A stretch of DNA of 13,229 bases from Candidatus Heimdallarchaeota archaeon B3_Heim (GCA_003144275.1 NJBF01000065.1:1-13229), one strand, 5' to 3'. Shown: positions 1 through 7,451, numbered from the stretch's first letter. Numbers and translations are program-made. Notes: a model not told the origin generated them from the sequence alone.

Positions 1-82
1 AAAAAAAATAAATAACGGCTAAAAAAATTCAATTTTTAAAGAAATAATAATAACCTTACTTAATGTAAATCAATAAACAATG

Positions 83-116
83 TTGAATTTAGCCCCGATG
101 GCTATCGGGGCGATCT
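83..116 (+). repeat. 34-bp REP-like palindromic element, copy 1
   Basis: TTGAATTTA-GCCCCGAT-GGCT-ATCGGGGC-GATCT forms an 8-bp GC stem (92-99/104-111). It is 33/34 identical to the reverse complement of 13033-13066. Confidence 0.9.
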
Positions 117-139
117 TAAGTTTTTTTATAAATCAGGAA

Positions 140-643
140 ATGGCTGAAAACGTTAAAAAATGGTACGCTCTTTACACCAAATCCCGTTGGGAAAAAAAAG
201 TTTATGAAGATTTACAAAGCAAGGGAATTGAAACCTATCTCCCTTTGCTTAAGACCCTGAAGCAATGGAGCGACCGGAAAAAATGGGTGGAAGAACCGCT
301 ATTCCGGTCATATATTTTCGTCAATATAACCCGTAAAGAATACCATTCAACCCTCAATACCGATGGGGTGGTGCGTTTCATTACTTTCCAGGGTAAAGCC
401 GTTCCCATACCTCCCCAGCAGATCGAAGCAGTTAAGGCTTATCTGGATGAAGAAGACAGGATCTTCCCTGACGAAACCGACTACCAACCCGGCGACATGG
501 TGGAAGTAGTCAGGGGCCCTATGCGGGGATTGTCCGGTATGCTTGTAGAGGTAAAAGGCAAACAACGTGTGCTGATAGAAATTGAAAACATAGGAAAACA
601 CCTGATCATCAACATACCCAAATCAATACTCGAGCAAGTATAA
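140..643 (+). CDS. upxY: UpxY-family (NusG paralog) transcription antiterminator
   Basis: NGN-domain signatures WYALYTKSRWEKKV, YLPL..TLKQWSDRKK.VEEPLFRSYIFV and GVVRFITFQGKAVPIP, plus C-terminal KOW motif GDMVEVVRGPMRGLSG. Start moved from 80 to 140 because codons 80-139 are the REP element read in frame. Confidence 0.92.
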   Translation: MAENVKKWYALYTKSRWEKKVYEDLQSKGIETYLPLLKTLKQWSDRKKWVEEPLFRSYIFVNITRKEYHSTLNTDGVVRFITFQGKAVPIPPQQIEAVKAYLDEEDRIFPDETDYQPGDMVEVVRGPMRGLSGMLVEVKGKQRVLIEIENIGKHLIINIPKSILEQV

Positions 644-663
644 CACTATTTCGTCACGATTCC

Positions 664-711
664 CAGTCTTTTCGTCTCCCAGTCACAAAGTCTCTCAGTC
701 CCTCCGTCTCC
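664..711 (+). repeat. Degenerate octamer tandem array (6 units, NNGTCNNN)
   Basis: CAGTCTTT TCGTCTCC CAGTCACA AAGTCTCT CAGTCCCT CCGTCTCC, with strict 8-nt period of the GTC core. Confidence 0.75.
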
Positions 712-721
712 TTCACAGACT

Positions 722-829
722 CTGCCCCGCCTTCGTATACTACGGCGGGCAGGCAGGTTCTCCTGCCACAAGCATCCCTTCGGGAAAACCCTGGCAGGTC
801 TTTTCCAGCCGAATACAATTCGGCTCTAC
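722..829. repeat. Cluster of four REP-like hairpins, the last of GTAG type
   Basis: Hairpins: CCCGC..CGTA-TAC-TACG-GCGGG (726-749); GGCAGG-TTCT-CCTGCC (752-767); GGAAAA..CCT-GGC-AGG..TTTTCC (783-806); AGCCGAAT-ACA-ATTCGGCT (807-825). The last is followed by CTAC, so GTAG abuts the stem on the minus strand. Confidence 0.75.
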
Positions 830-999
830 ATTTCGCCCCTTAGCCAACTTCTTACTACTTACTCTATTCTCACGCAGATCAACGCATAGAATCAGCAAGA
901 GATAATTTCTTACAGATACTACCTTCCTCCAAGCAACCTTATTCAATTTTTATTAGTCATATATAAAATCCTTTAGGCATACATTCTTAATGGATTTTT

Positions 1000-1007
1000 T
1001 AGTTTTG
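1000..1007 (+). promoter_or_regulatory. Possible Bacteroidota -7 promoter box
   Basis: TAGTTTTG matches TAnnTTTG, 12 nt before the ATG at 1020. No convincing -33 TTTG at the expected spacing. Confidence 0.3.
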
Positions 1008-1019
1008 TATCTTTAGGCC

Positions 1020-2576
1020 ATGGAAAAATTCCTCAAAAAGAGGTTATTGTTTATTCTTATTGATCTTCTCATAGTAGGTCTTTCTTACTTTGTTGTTGTT
1101 TGGATCAAACCCGGAGAGAATGTTCCATATCTTTCGCGGTATTTCTTTTCCTTTGTCGTTTTTTTATGTATCTGGATCTTTGTTTCTTCCTTCTTTAAAA
1201 AATTTCAATACAAGGAAGATTACGATTTTAAAACGATTATACTTCCTATACTTATCAGCAATTTCATCATCCTGGGCAGTGTTTCTCTCCTGATGTTTCT
1301 TCTGCGTATCTCTTTCTATTCCCGGACTATTGTTTTCGGGACCATTCTCCTGGCCACCTTTCTGGAATTTTTCTTTACCAACATGTATTACCTGTTTAAA
1401 GCCGCAGTCGTATACCAGAATCCTCCCGATCACGAATATGCTGCCCTGAAAATATTACAGGAAAACGGTAAAATAAACAGAAAGAATGGGTCAATCCTGC
1501 AAACACAAACTGGTGATAAGTCAAATTTTTCTGAATCCATTCAACAAACCATCATCAAAGAATGCGGAGAGGACGGTTTTTCGTTCATCAGGGAGAATAA
1601 TTGCTGCGATTCGGACGAAACCCTGGTTGTTTCAACAACAACAGCCTTTAACATCAAAACCCAACCGTTAAACAAATTCAAAGGCGTAGTTAATTTAAGG
1701 CGCATTAACGATATCCGGTATCTCAACCACTTTTTTGAAGCCGTCAACACAAAACTTCCCAAAGAAGGGACATTTGTCGGATGCGTTGAAACCAAAAACC
1801 TGCGTAAGAAAAGAATTTTTAAAAAATATCCGTTCCTTCTTAATTATTTTTTCTACTATTTACTCGATTTCCCTGTAAAAAGGGTTTTGCCAAAATTTAA
1901 AATGACACAAGGTTTGTACCATTTTCTAACCCGGGGACAAAACCGGGTAATAACCCGGGCTGAGACCCTGGGAAGATTGATTTCCTGCGGGTTTGAGGTG
2001 ATCAATGAAGATTATATCGGCAGCCTTTATTACTTTGCGGTGAAAAAAATAAAAGAGCCTGTCTATGATCTTCATCCAACTTATGGTTTGTTTGTGCGAT
2101 TGAAAAGGATCGGGAGGAATGGTAAGCCTATTAAAGTAACAAAATTACGGACCATGCACCCTTATGCTGAATACCTGCAGGATTACATGTACAACATGCA
2201 TAACCTGAAAGATGGCGGGAAATTCGATCATGATTTCAGGGTTTCCACCCTGGGCAGGATCATGCGGAAACTGTTTATCGATGAGCTTCCTATGCTGTAT
2301 GACTGGATTAAAAGAGATATGAAGCTTGTTGGTGTACGTCCTATTAGTGAGTATTATTTTAAACTCTATGATAAAGAAGTCCGTGAAAAACGTATCAAAT
2401 ATAAACCCGGACTTATCCCACCTTTTTATAATGACCTGCCTAAAACGCTTGAGGAAATACAGGCCTCAGAAATGAAATACCTTGAGGCTTATGAAAAACG
2501 TCCTTTCCGTACTGACTGGAAATATTTCTGGCGTGCCTTATACAACATTATTTTCAAAAATGCCAGAAGCCAGTAA
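1020..2576 (+). CDS. Sugar transferase (phosphoglycosyl transferase, Bac_transf family) with N-terminal membrane domain
   Basis: About 4 hydrophobic segments at the N terminus. C-terminal RIGRNGKPIKVTKLRTM...DFRVSTLGRIMRKLFIDELPML...MKLVGVRP...KPGL contains the catalytic DELP motif. Confidence 0.88.
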   Translation: MEKFLKKRLLFILIDLLIVGLSYFVVVWIKPGENVPYLSRYFFSFVVFLCIWIFVSSFFKKFQYKEDYDFKTIILPILISNFIILGSVSLLMFLLRISFYSRTIVFGTILLATFLEFFFTNMYYLFKAAVVYQNPPDHEYAALKILQENGKINRKNGSILQTQTGDKSNFSESIQQTIIKECGEDGFSFIRENNCCDSDETLVVSTTTAFNIKTQPLNKFKGVVNLRRINDIRYLNHFFEAVNTKLPKEGTFVGCVETKNLRKKRIFKKYPFLLNYFFYYLLDFPVKRVLPKFKMTQGLYHFLTRGQNRVITRAETLGRLISCGFEVINEDYIGSLYYFAVKKIKEPVYDLHPTYGLFVRLKRIGRNGKPIKVTKLRTMHPYAEYLQDYMYNMHNLKDGGKFDHDFRVSTLGRIMRKLFIDELPMLYDWIKRDMKLVGVRPISEYYFKLYDKEVREKRIKYKPGLIPPFYNDLPKTLEEIQASEMKYLEAYEKRPFRTDWKYFWRALYNIIFKNARSQ

Positions 2577-2577
2577 A

Positions 2578-2640
2578 GAGTGGCAGTAGCAGTAGCAGTT
2601 GTGGTGGCCGTGACAGTAGCAGCTGCAGTGGCACTTGCAG
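2578..2640 (+). repeat. Degenerate hexamer tandem array (about 10 units, CAGTRG)
   Basis: GAGTGG CAGTAG CAGTAG CAGTTG TGGTGG CCGTGA CAGTAG CAGCTG CAGTGG CACTTG CAG, starting 2 nt after the stop codon at 2576. Confidence 0.85.
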
Positions 2641-2682
2641 GAAAAATCAAGAAATTTCTTATTTTTATTTAAAAAAGAAAAA

Positions 2683-2736
2683 ATGTCACAAGGTTTTAAA
2701 GATTTAAAAGTTTATAAATTGGCATATGAAGCAGCC
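2683..2736 (+). pseudogene. 5' remnant (18 codons) of a four-helix-bundle protein gene, in frame with the downstream CDS
   Basis: MSQGFKDLKVYKLAYEAA(M) matches the N-terminal F-x-D-L-x-V-Y/W-x-x-A helix of TIGR02436-type proteins; compare HKELDVWKES of the copy at 5858. It follows an A-rich start context (AAAAAAGAAAAA-ATG). Confidence 0.78.
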
Positions 2737-4323
2737 ATGAAAAAAACTTTGATCCTCTTTGTATTAATTATTAATCTAAATAACAGTTTTCCTCAACAAG
2801 TTTATCACCATATTTCAAACTCTACAATCTATACTTTCCTTGATGAACTTTCTAATCAACAATTAATTAGCCTTAATTCTGCTGTTAAACCTTATTCCAG
2901 AACCTTTATTGCTGATAAACTTCAGGAAGTATCTGACCAGAAAGAAAATCTAAACCAACGACAAATAAAAAAACTTGAATTTTACCTGAAGGATTTTAAT
3001 AAGGAGCTCCTGCCGGATAAAAATTTCAATAAACGCCTGGATCTGTTTTACTATAAAGATTCTCTATTTACTTTCTCAATTAATCTGATCGGAGGACTTC
3101 AATACTGGACGAATAAAAACGGTTCGGTTTACCATCGCTGGAATGGAGCGGAAGCATTTGCTTATGTCGGAAAGCATTGGGGTTTTTATGCCAGTCTGAG
3201 GGATAATCATGAGAATGAGATACTTTCAGAAGATCATTTTCTGAACCAACGGATGGGAGGGAATTATAAAGCAAAATACGATTACAGTGAGATGAGAGGA
3301 GGGGTTACGTATTCCTGGAAATGGGGAAGTCTGGGTTTAATTAAGGATCACTTTGCCTGGGGAAACAACCATAACGGTTCAAACATTTTTTCCGGCAGAA
3401 CACCTTCCTTTGTTACGTTCAATCTGAACCTAAAACCGGTAAAGTGGCTGGATTTTCATTATGTCCATGGAAGGATCATTTCTGAAGTGATCGATAGTAC
3501 ACGGTCTTATTACCTTGTTAACAGTTATGGATTAAACTACCGGGAAGTCTTTTTTCATAAATTCCTTGCAGCCAATTTTTTTACCATTACCCCTGTTAAA
3601 CGGTTAAACATTTCATTTGGGAATTCCATTGTTTACAGCGATCTGGGTGTTTATCCGGCATACCTGATCCCCATTTTCTTCTACAAATCCGTTGATCATA
3701 CTGTAAACTCAGGGATCGACAATCAAAATTCCCAGATGTTTTTTGATATCAGCTCCCGGCAAATAAAAAACCTGCATCTGTATGCCGGCTTGTTCATCGA
3801 TGAAATTGCTATAGGACGAATGTTCAAACCGGATGAACATTCCAATTTCTACAGTGCAAAGGCAGGCTTTACATTGAGTAATTATCCGCTTCAAAATTTA
3901 TCAATTACAGCAGAATACACCCGTACCAACCCGCTGACTTACCGGCATTATGTGCCAACCATCACTTTTGAATCAAACCGGTTTAACCTTGGGCATTATT
4001 TAATGGATAACGCTAAAGAATTCTTCTTTGAAATTGAATCCAGGCCTATCAGGGGTCTAAACATCCATCTTTCATACACTCATGCGCAAAAAGGACCTGA
4101 TTACACCCTTCCGGGCGCAGACAGACTTGGATTACCCTTCATGGAAATGGTAGAATGGGAAAATAAGACCCTGGCTTTAAAAGCCAGGTATGAGGCAATT
4201 AATGACGGGTTTGTTTTTGCCGAATTCCTGTTTAGGGACATTACCGGGGTAGAAAGTTACACTCCGGAATTCTGGTATGGAAGGACGAGTACGGTTTCGG
4301 TGGGAGTAAATTTTGGATTTTAA
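2737..4323 (+). CDS. Capsule assembly Wzi-like outer-membrane beta-barrel protein
   Basis: Signal-peptide-like MKKTLILFVLIINLNNSFPQ, aromatic-rich alternating beta strands, C-terminal VGVNFGF (terminal Phe) and polysaccharide-locus context. The Wzi assignment is by resemblance. Translation could also begin at 2683. Confidence 0.65.
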   Translation: MKKTLILFVLIINLNNSFPQQVYHHISNSTIYTFLDELSNQQLISLNSAVKPYSRTFIADKLQEVSDQKENLNQRQIKKLEFYLKDFNKELLPDKNFNKRLDLFYYKDSLFTFSINLIGGLQYWTNKNGSVYHRWNGAEAFAYVGKHWGFYASLRDNHENEILSEDHFLNQRMGGNYKAKYDYSEMRGGVTYSWKWGSLGLIKDHFAWGNNHNGSNIFSGRTPSFVTFNLNLKPVKWLDFHYVHGRIISEVIDSTRSYYLVNSYGLNYREVFFHKFLAANFFTITPVKRLNISFGNSIVYSDLGVYPAYLIPIFFYKSVDHTVNSGIDNQNSQMFFDISSRQIKNLHLYAGLFIDEIAIGRMFKPDEHSNFYSAKAGFTLSNYPLQNLSITAEYTRTNPLTYRHYVPTITFESNRFNLGHYLMDNAKEFFFEIESRPIRGLNIHLSYTHAQKGPDYTLPGADRLGLPFMEMVEWENKTLALKARYEAINDGFVFAEFLFRDITGVESYTPEFWYGRTSTVSVGVNFGF

Positions 4324-4353
4324 TTGTTAAACAGGGAGTATAAAATATAAACA

Positions 4354-4390
4354 GTCATTGCGATTCCGACAAAGTCGGAAGAAGCAATCT
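4354..4390. repeat. REP-like element of the GTCATTGCGA...GAAGCAATCT type between convergent genes; may double as a terminator
   Basis: Outer ATTGC/GCAAT (4357-4361/4384-4388) enclose TTCCGAC-AAA-GTCGGAA (4364-4380). Confidence 0.75.
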
Positions 4391-5400
4391 TATTGTTTTT
4401 CTTTAAGGAAAAATTCTGCCGTTTCCTGAATTGTATCAATCAAAAGTCTAAACTCCATCCCTATTATATCCTTAATCTTCTGATTTGAAAAATAAACCTT
4501 CCTATGCCCTGATCTGGCTGACTCTCTGGTAACCAAAGCTTGTTTATTCAAAATTTTACTTCTCATCCAATCCAGTCGCCAGGCTATACTTGTAAGGAAG
4601 GGGGTCGCATGAATATTTGGTGGTTTTTTATTAAAGGCATTTGCAATCATTCCAAAAACCTCTTTGTAGGAAAGATTTTCAGAAGAAATGATATATCGTT
4701 CTCCAATTATTTCACCTTCCATAAGTTCAATCATGGCTTTTACTACATCCCTGACATCCACAAAACCAGTCACCCCTAATGTATAAAATTTCAATCCATC
4801 CCAAACAGACTTCATTATACGCCCGCTGCTCCTGTTCCAGTCGCCGGGTCCCAATACCACGGAAGGGTTTACAATCACTGCTTTCAATCCTTCTTCCATT
4901 CCCCGCCAGACCTCCATTTCGGATTTAAACTTGCTTACCGAATACCACGAATGGGATTTGGAAGGTTTCCAAATGGTGCTTTCATCCACAAGCCCGGCGC
5001 CTGATTTGTCACCTAATGCAGCTGTTGAACTGACAAAACAAAGTTTTTCTATCTTCGTTCCAAGGCAGGCATTTACAACATTCGCCGTTCCCATGATATT
5101 TGTTTCGAGCATTTTTTTTCTGTCCCTTGTTTCAAATGAAACCATTGCAGCACAGTGATAGACCTTTGAAACACCCTGCATAGCGTCTTCCAGGAAGGTT
5201 ATGTCTGACACATCTCCTTCAACCCATTCGATTTTTGAGAATAATTCTTCAGGATTATCGGAATAATAACGGAATGTTTTGAGTACGTTTTCAGTTTTAC
5301 TGGTTGGGCGTTTTAAAGCTCTGACCTTTTGCTCCTTTTTAACTAATTCATAGAGCAAATGTGAGCCAACCAAGCCTGTTCCTCCGGTTATTAGGATCAT
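4390..5400 (-). CDS. NAD-dependent epimerase/dehydratase (extended SDR family)
   Basis: Rossmann motif ILITGGTGLVGSHL, YHCAAMVSF, FVSSTAALG, catalytic YSVSK (YxxxK), IVNPSVVLG. Confidence 0.92.
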   Translation of the reverse strand: MILITGGTGLVGSHLLYELVKKEQKVRALKRPTSKTENVLKTFRYYSDNPEELFSKIEWVEGDVSDITFLEDAMQGVSKVYHCAAMVSFETRDRKKMLETNIMGTANVVNACLGTKIEKLCFVSSTAALGDKSGAGLVDESTIWKPSKSHSWYSVSKFKSEMEVWRGMEEGLKAVIVNPSVVLGPGDWNRSSGRIMKSVWDGLKFYTLGVTGFVDVRDVVKAMIELMEGEIIGERYIISSENLSYKEVFGMIANAFNKKPPNIHATPFLTSIAWRLDWMRSKILNKQALVTRESARSGHRKVYFSNQKIKDIIGMEFRLLIDTIQETAEFFLKEKQ

Positions 5401-5502
5401 GGTGAATGGTGAAAAGTGAAAGATAATAATTTTTTATAGAACGCTGATTACACATATAAAGCGGATAAAAACAGATAGATTTGTGAAACGTCAAAGGTGA
5501 AT
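5401..5502 (+). repeat. Two heptamer sub-arrays (RGTGAAA type) downstream of the four-helix-bundle gene
   Basis: GGTGAAT GGTGAAA AGTGAAA (5401-5421) directly abuts the epimerase start codon. TGTGAAA CGTCAAA GGTGAAT (5482-5502) lies 5 nt from the four-helix-bundle stop. Confidence 0.8.
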
Positions 5503-5507
5503 AGAAA

Positions 5508-5858
5508 TTACTTTTTGTCCTTTAAATATTTTATCAATCCGAGCAATAATCTTCTAACCTTATTTATTTTTTCGATGATAGAATCAACTTCTTTAATAAA
5601 TTCTAATTCTACTGCAATAATCATTTGTGTTTCAACTTCCTATAGCGATCCAAGAGCTATGTAAAGGAAATGATTAAATTCTTTATCCGATCTCCTTGCG
5701 GCTCCCTCAGAAATGTTTGAAGGAACTGAAACTGCTGCTCTTTTTATTTGGCTTGTCAATCCAAATATTTCGTCTTTAGAAAAATCTCTAGTTTTGGCAT
5801 AAATCATTTTTACTAAGTTAATTGATTCTTTCCAAACATCTAATTCTTTATGATCCAT
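5508..5858 (-). pseudogene. Four-helix-bundle protein (TIGR02436 / 23S rRNA IVP / Avd-like), interrupted by one in-frame TAG
   Basis: MDHKELDVWKES...EIFGLTSQIKRAAVSVPSNISEGAAR...EFNHFLYIALGSL*EVETQMIIAVELEFI...LLLGLIKYLKDKK*. The frame continues past TAG (5640-5642) with family-typical sequence to TAA at 5508-5510, 116 codons in total. Confidence 0.88.
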
Positions 5859-5965
5859 GATAATAAATTTTAATTGGTTAAACTTAAATATGTTTTAAAT
5901 TTCAATATATTCAAATAATTACTCTTTCTGATATCTGTAGTTGAAAAAATTTAATTCAAGGCGCC

Positions 5966-6018
5966 ATTCACCTTTCACTTTTCACTTCTCACCTTTCATT
6001 TTTCACTTCTCACTATTA
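5966..6018 (+). repeat. Heptamer tandem array (7 units, TTTCACY) in the divergent intergenic region
   Basis: ATTCACC TTTCACT TTTCACT TCTCACC TTTCATT TTTCACT TCTCACT. Inverted relative to the arrays at 5401-5502 and 7196-7223. Confidence 0.9.
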
Positions 6019-6088
6019 CCTCAAATTGCTTTGAGAATTTTATATCTTTAACATTTTAGGATTCTTCATAAAATAAAAAGAAAACATC

Positions 6089-7207
6089 ATGAAAACACAT
6101 CTGAAAATTCTTTCTTTTGTTTTAATTTCTGTAATCCTTTCCACCGGATTGCATAACTCATGCTATGCACAAGAAATAGAGAAAGACCTGGAGATCAGAG
6201 CACTGCTTTTAGGTGCTCCGGATAGTGAAGATCTGCAACTTTTTAACAAATTTATCCGGGAAGCGCTTCCGGAGGAGGGGGTAAATATGCTTGTGGTACG
6301 ATTCCGGTATAAATATCAGTTTGAAAGTTATCCTGAACTGGCTGATGAAGGGGCTTTGTCAAAAAAGGAGGTAAAACAAATTCTCCAGGCGTGTAAGGAT
6401 GCCGGTGTAAAACTTATCCCAAAAATGAACTTCCTGGGTCATCAATCAAGCAGAACAAAAGTGTTACCGTTACTGACCGAATACCCTGAATTTGATGAGA
6501 CCCCTCATTTCGAACCTCCGGATCCATATGTCTGGCCTAACGAACATGATTTCTACTGTAAAAGTTACTGCCCCTCCCATCCCGATCTGCACAAGGTACT
6601 TTTTTCATTAATGGATGAACTCATTGAAGTCTGTGAAGCGGATGCCTTTCATGTAGGAATGGATGAGGTTTTTTACCTTGCTGACAGTAAATGCCCTAGG
6701 TGCAGTGGAAGAGATAAGGCAGAATTATACGCCGAAGAAGTAACAAGATTATTTAACCACCTGAAAGGAAAGAACATTACGATGTGGATGTGGGGAGATC
6801 GGTTCCTTGATGGAAAAACAATGGGGTTGGGCATGTGGCAGGCCAGCATGAATACTACCTTTAAGGCTATCGATCTGGTACCAAAAGATATTATGATCTG
6901 TGACTGGCATTATAATGAAGCACCTCCGACACCGGCCTATTTTGCTTTGAAAGGATTTAATGTGCTGGCATGTCCGTATACTGATGCTGATGTGGCTTTG
7001 TCTCAACTGGAACACATTAACCAGGTGCGTAACAGCTCAAATAAACAAATTGCAACAAGGTTAAAGGGCGTTTTTCAGACTTCCTGGGGTAATGCAAAAG
7101 ATTTTATTCAGGCCTACTACGGAGAGGATGTGAAAGAAAAAGACAAAAATTGTGCTGAGTGCTTTAAGAAGCTGTTTTCTGAGATAAGGAATAATAGTGA
7201 GAAGTGA
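6089..7207 (+). CDS. Secreted family-20-like glycoside hydrolase (putative hexosaminidase)
   Basis: N-terminal signal peptide, LIPKMNFLGH, GH20-type catalytic motif FHVGMDEV (H-x-G-x-D-E), MWMWGD and ICDWHY TIM-barrel motifs. Confidence 0.75.
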   Translation: MKTHLKILSFVLISVILSTGLHNSCYAQEIEKDLEIRALLLGAPDSEDLQLFNKFIREALPEEGVNMLVVRFRYKYQFESYPELADEGALSKKEVKQILQACKDAGVKLIPKMNFLGHQSSRTKVLPLLTEYPEFDETPHFEPPDPYVWPNEHDFYCKSYCPSHPDLHKVLFSLMDELIEVCEADAFHVGMDEVFYLADSKCPRCSGRDKAELYAEEVTRLFNHLKGKNITMWMWGDRFLDGKTMGLGMWQASMNTTFKAIDLVPKDIMICDWHYNEAPPTPAYFALKGFNVLACPYTDADVALSQLEHINQVRNSSNKQIATRLKGVFQTSWGNAKDFIQAYYGEDVKEKDKNCAECFKKLFSEIRNNSEK

Positions 7208-7224
7208 AGGGTGAAAAGTGAAAG
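7192..7224 (+). repeat. Heptamer array (4 units, RGTGARR) overlapping the hydrolase stop codon
   Basis: TAAT AGTGAGA AGTGAAG GGTGAAA AGTGAAA G. The TGA stop (7205-7207) lies inside unit 2. Confidence 0.8.
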
Positions 7225-7238
7225 GTTTTCGGATTTCG

Positions 7239-7451
7239 AACGTTTTGCGAAGCAAAACCTCACGAGCAGATTTGAGCGAAGGATAGTGCGAGCGAGTAAC
7301 TAACGTTTTGCGCAGCAAAACCTCACGCCTGTCCCGTTTTTTCGGGGAGTGGCATGTGTGTTAGATTGTGGGAACGAGTAACCATTCTGTGAGCAAAGTG
7401 AACAGAATGTCTCACAAGCAGGATTGAGCGAACGATTGAGGGAGCGAGTAA
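7239..7451 (+). repeat. Three-unit modular repeat: hairpin-CTCAC-middle-CGAGTAA
   Basis: 7239-7264 and 7302-7327 are 25/26 identical. CTCAC occurs at 7259, 7322 and 7411, and CGAGTAA at 7293, 7375 and 7445. The middles of units 1 and 3 are both 29 nt and 22/29 identical. Confidence 0.8.

Noticed and set aside
80-139. N-terminal extension MLNLAPMAIGAILSFFINQE of the UpxY ORF
   Set aside because: It is the 34-bp REP-like element read in frame. Family homology starts at about MAENVKKW (140).
2635-2682. TTG start of the 562-aa ORF in the track
   Set aside because: The TTG lies inside the hexamer array, and the following codons are the AT-rich leader of the ATG at 2683.
5508-5858. Diversity-generating retroelement (the protein is Avd-like)
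   Set aside because: No reverse transcriptase and no TR/VR pair differing at adenines in the window.
5508-5858. True 23S rRNA intervening sequence
   Set aside because: The flanks are protein-coding genes and AT-rich spacers, with no rRNA sequence.
7239-7451. Possible CRISPR mini-array
   Set aside because: Repeats differ between units, two spacers are homologous to each other, spacer lengths are 29/48/29, and there is no cas gene or leader.
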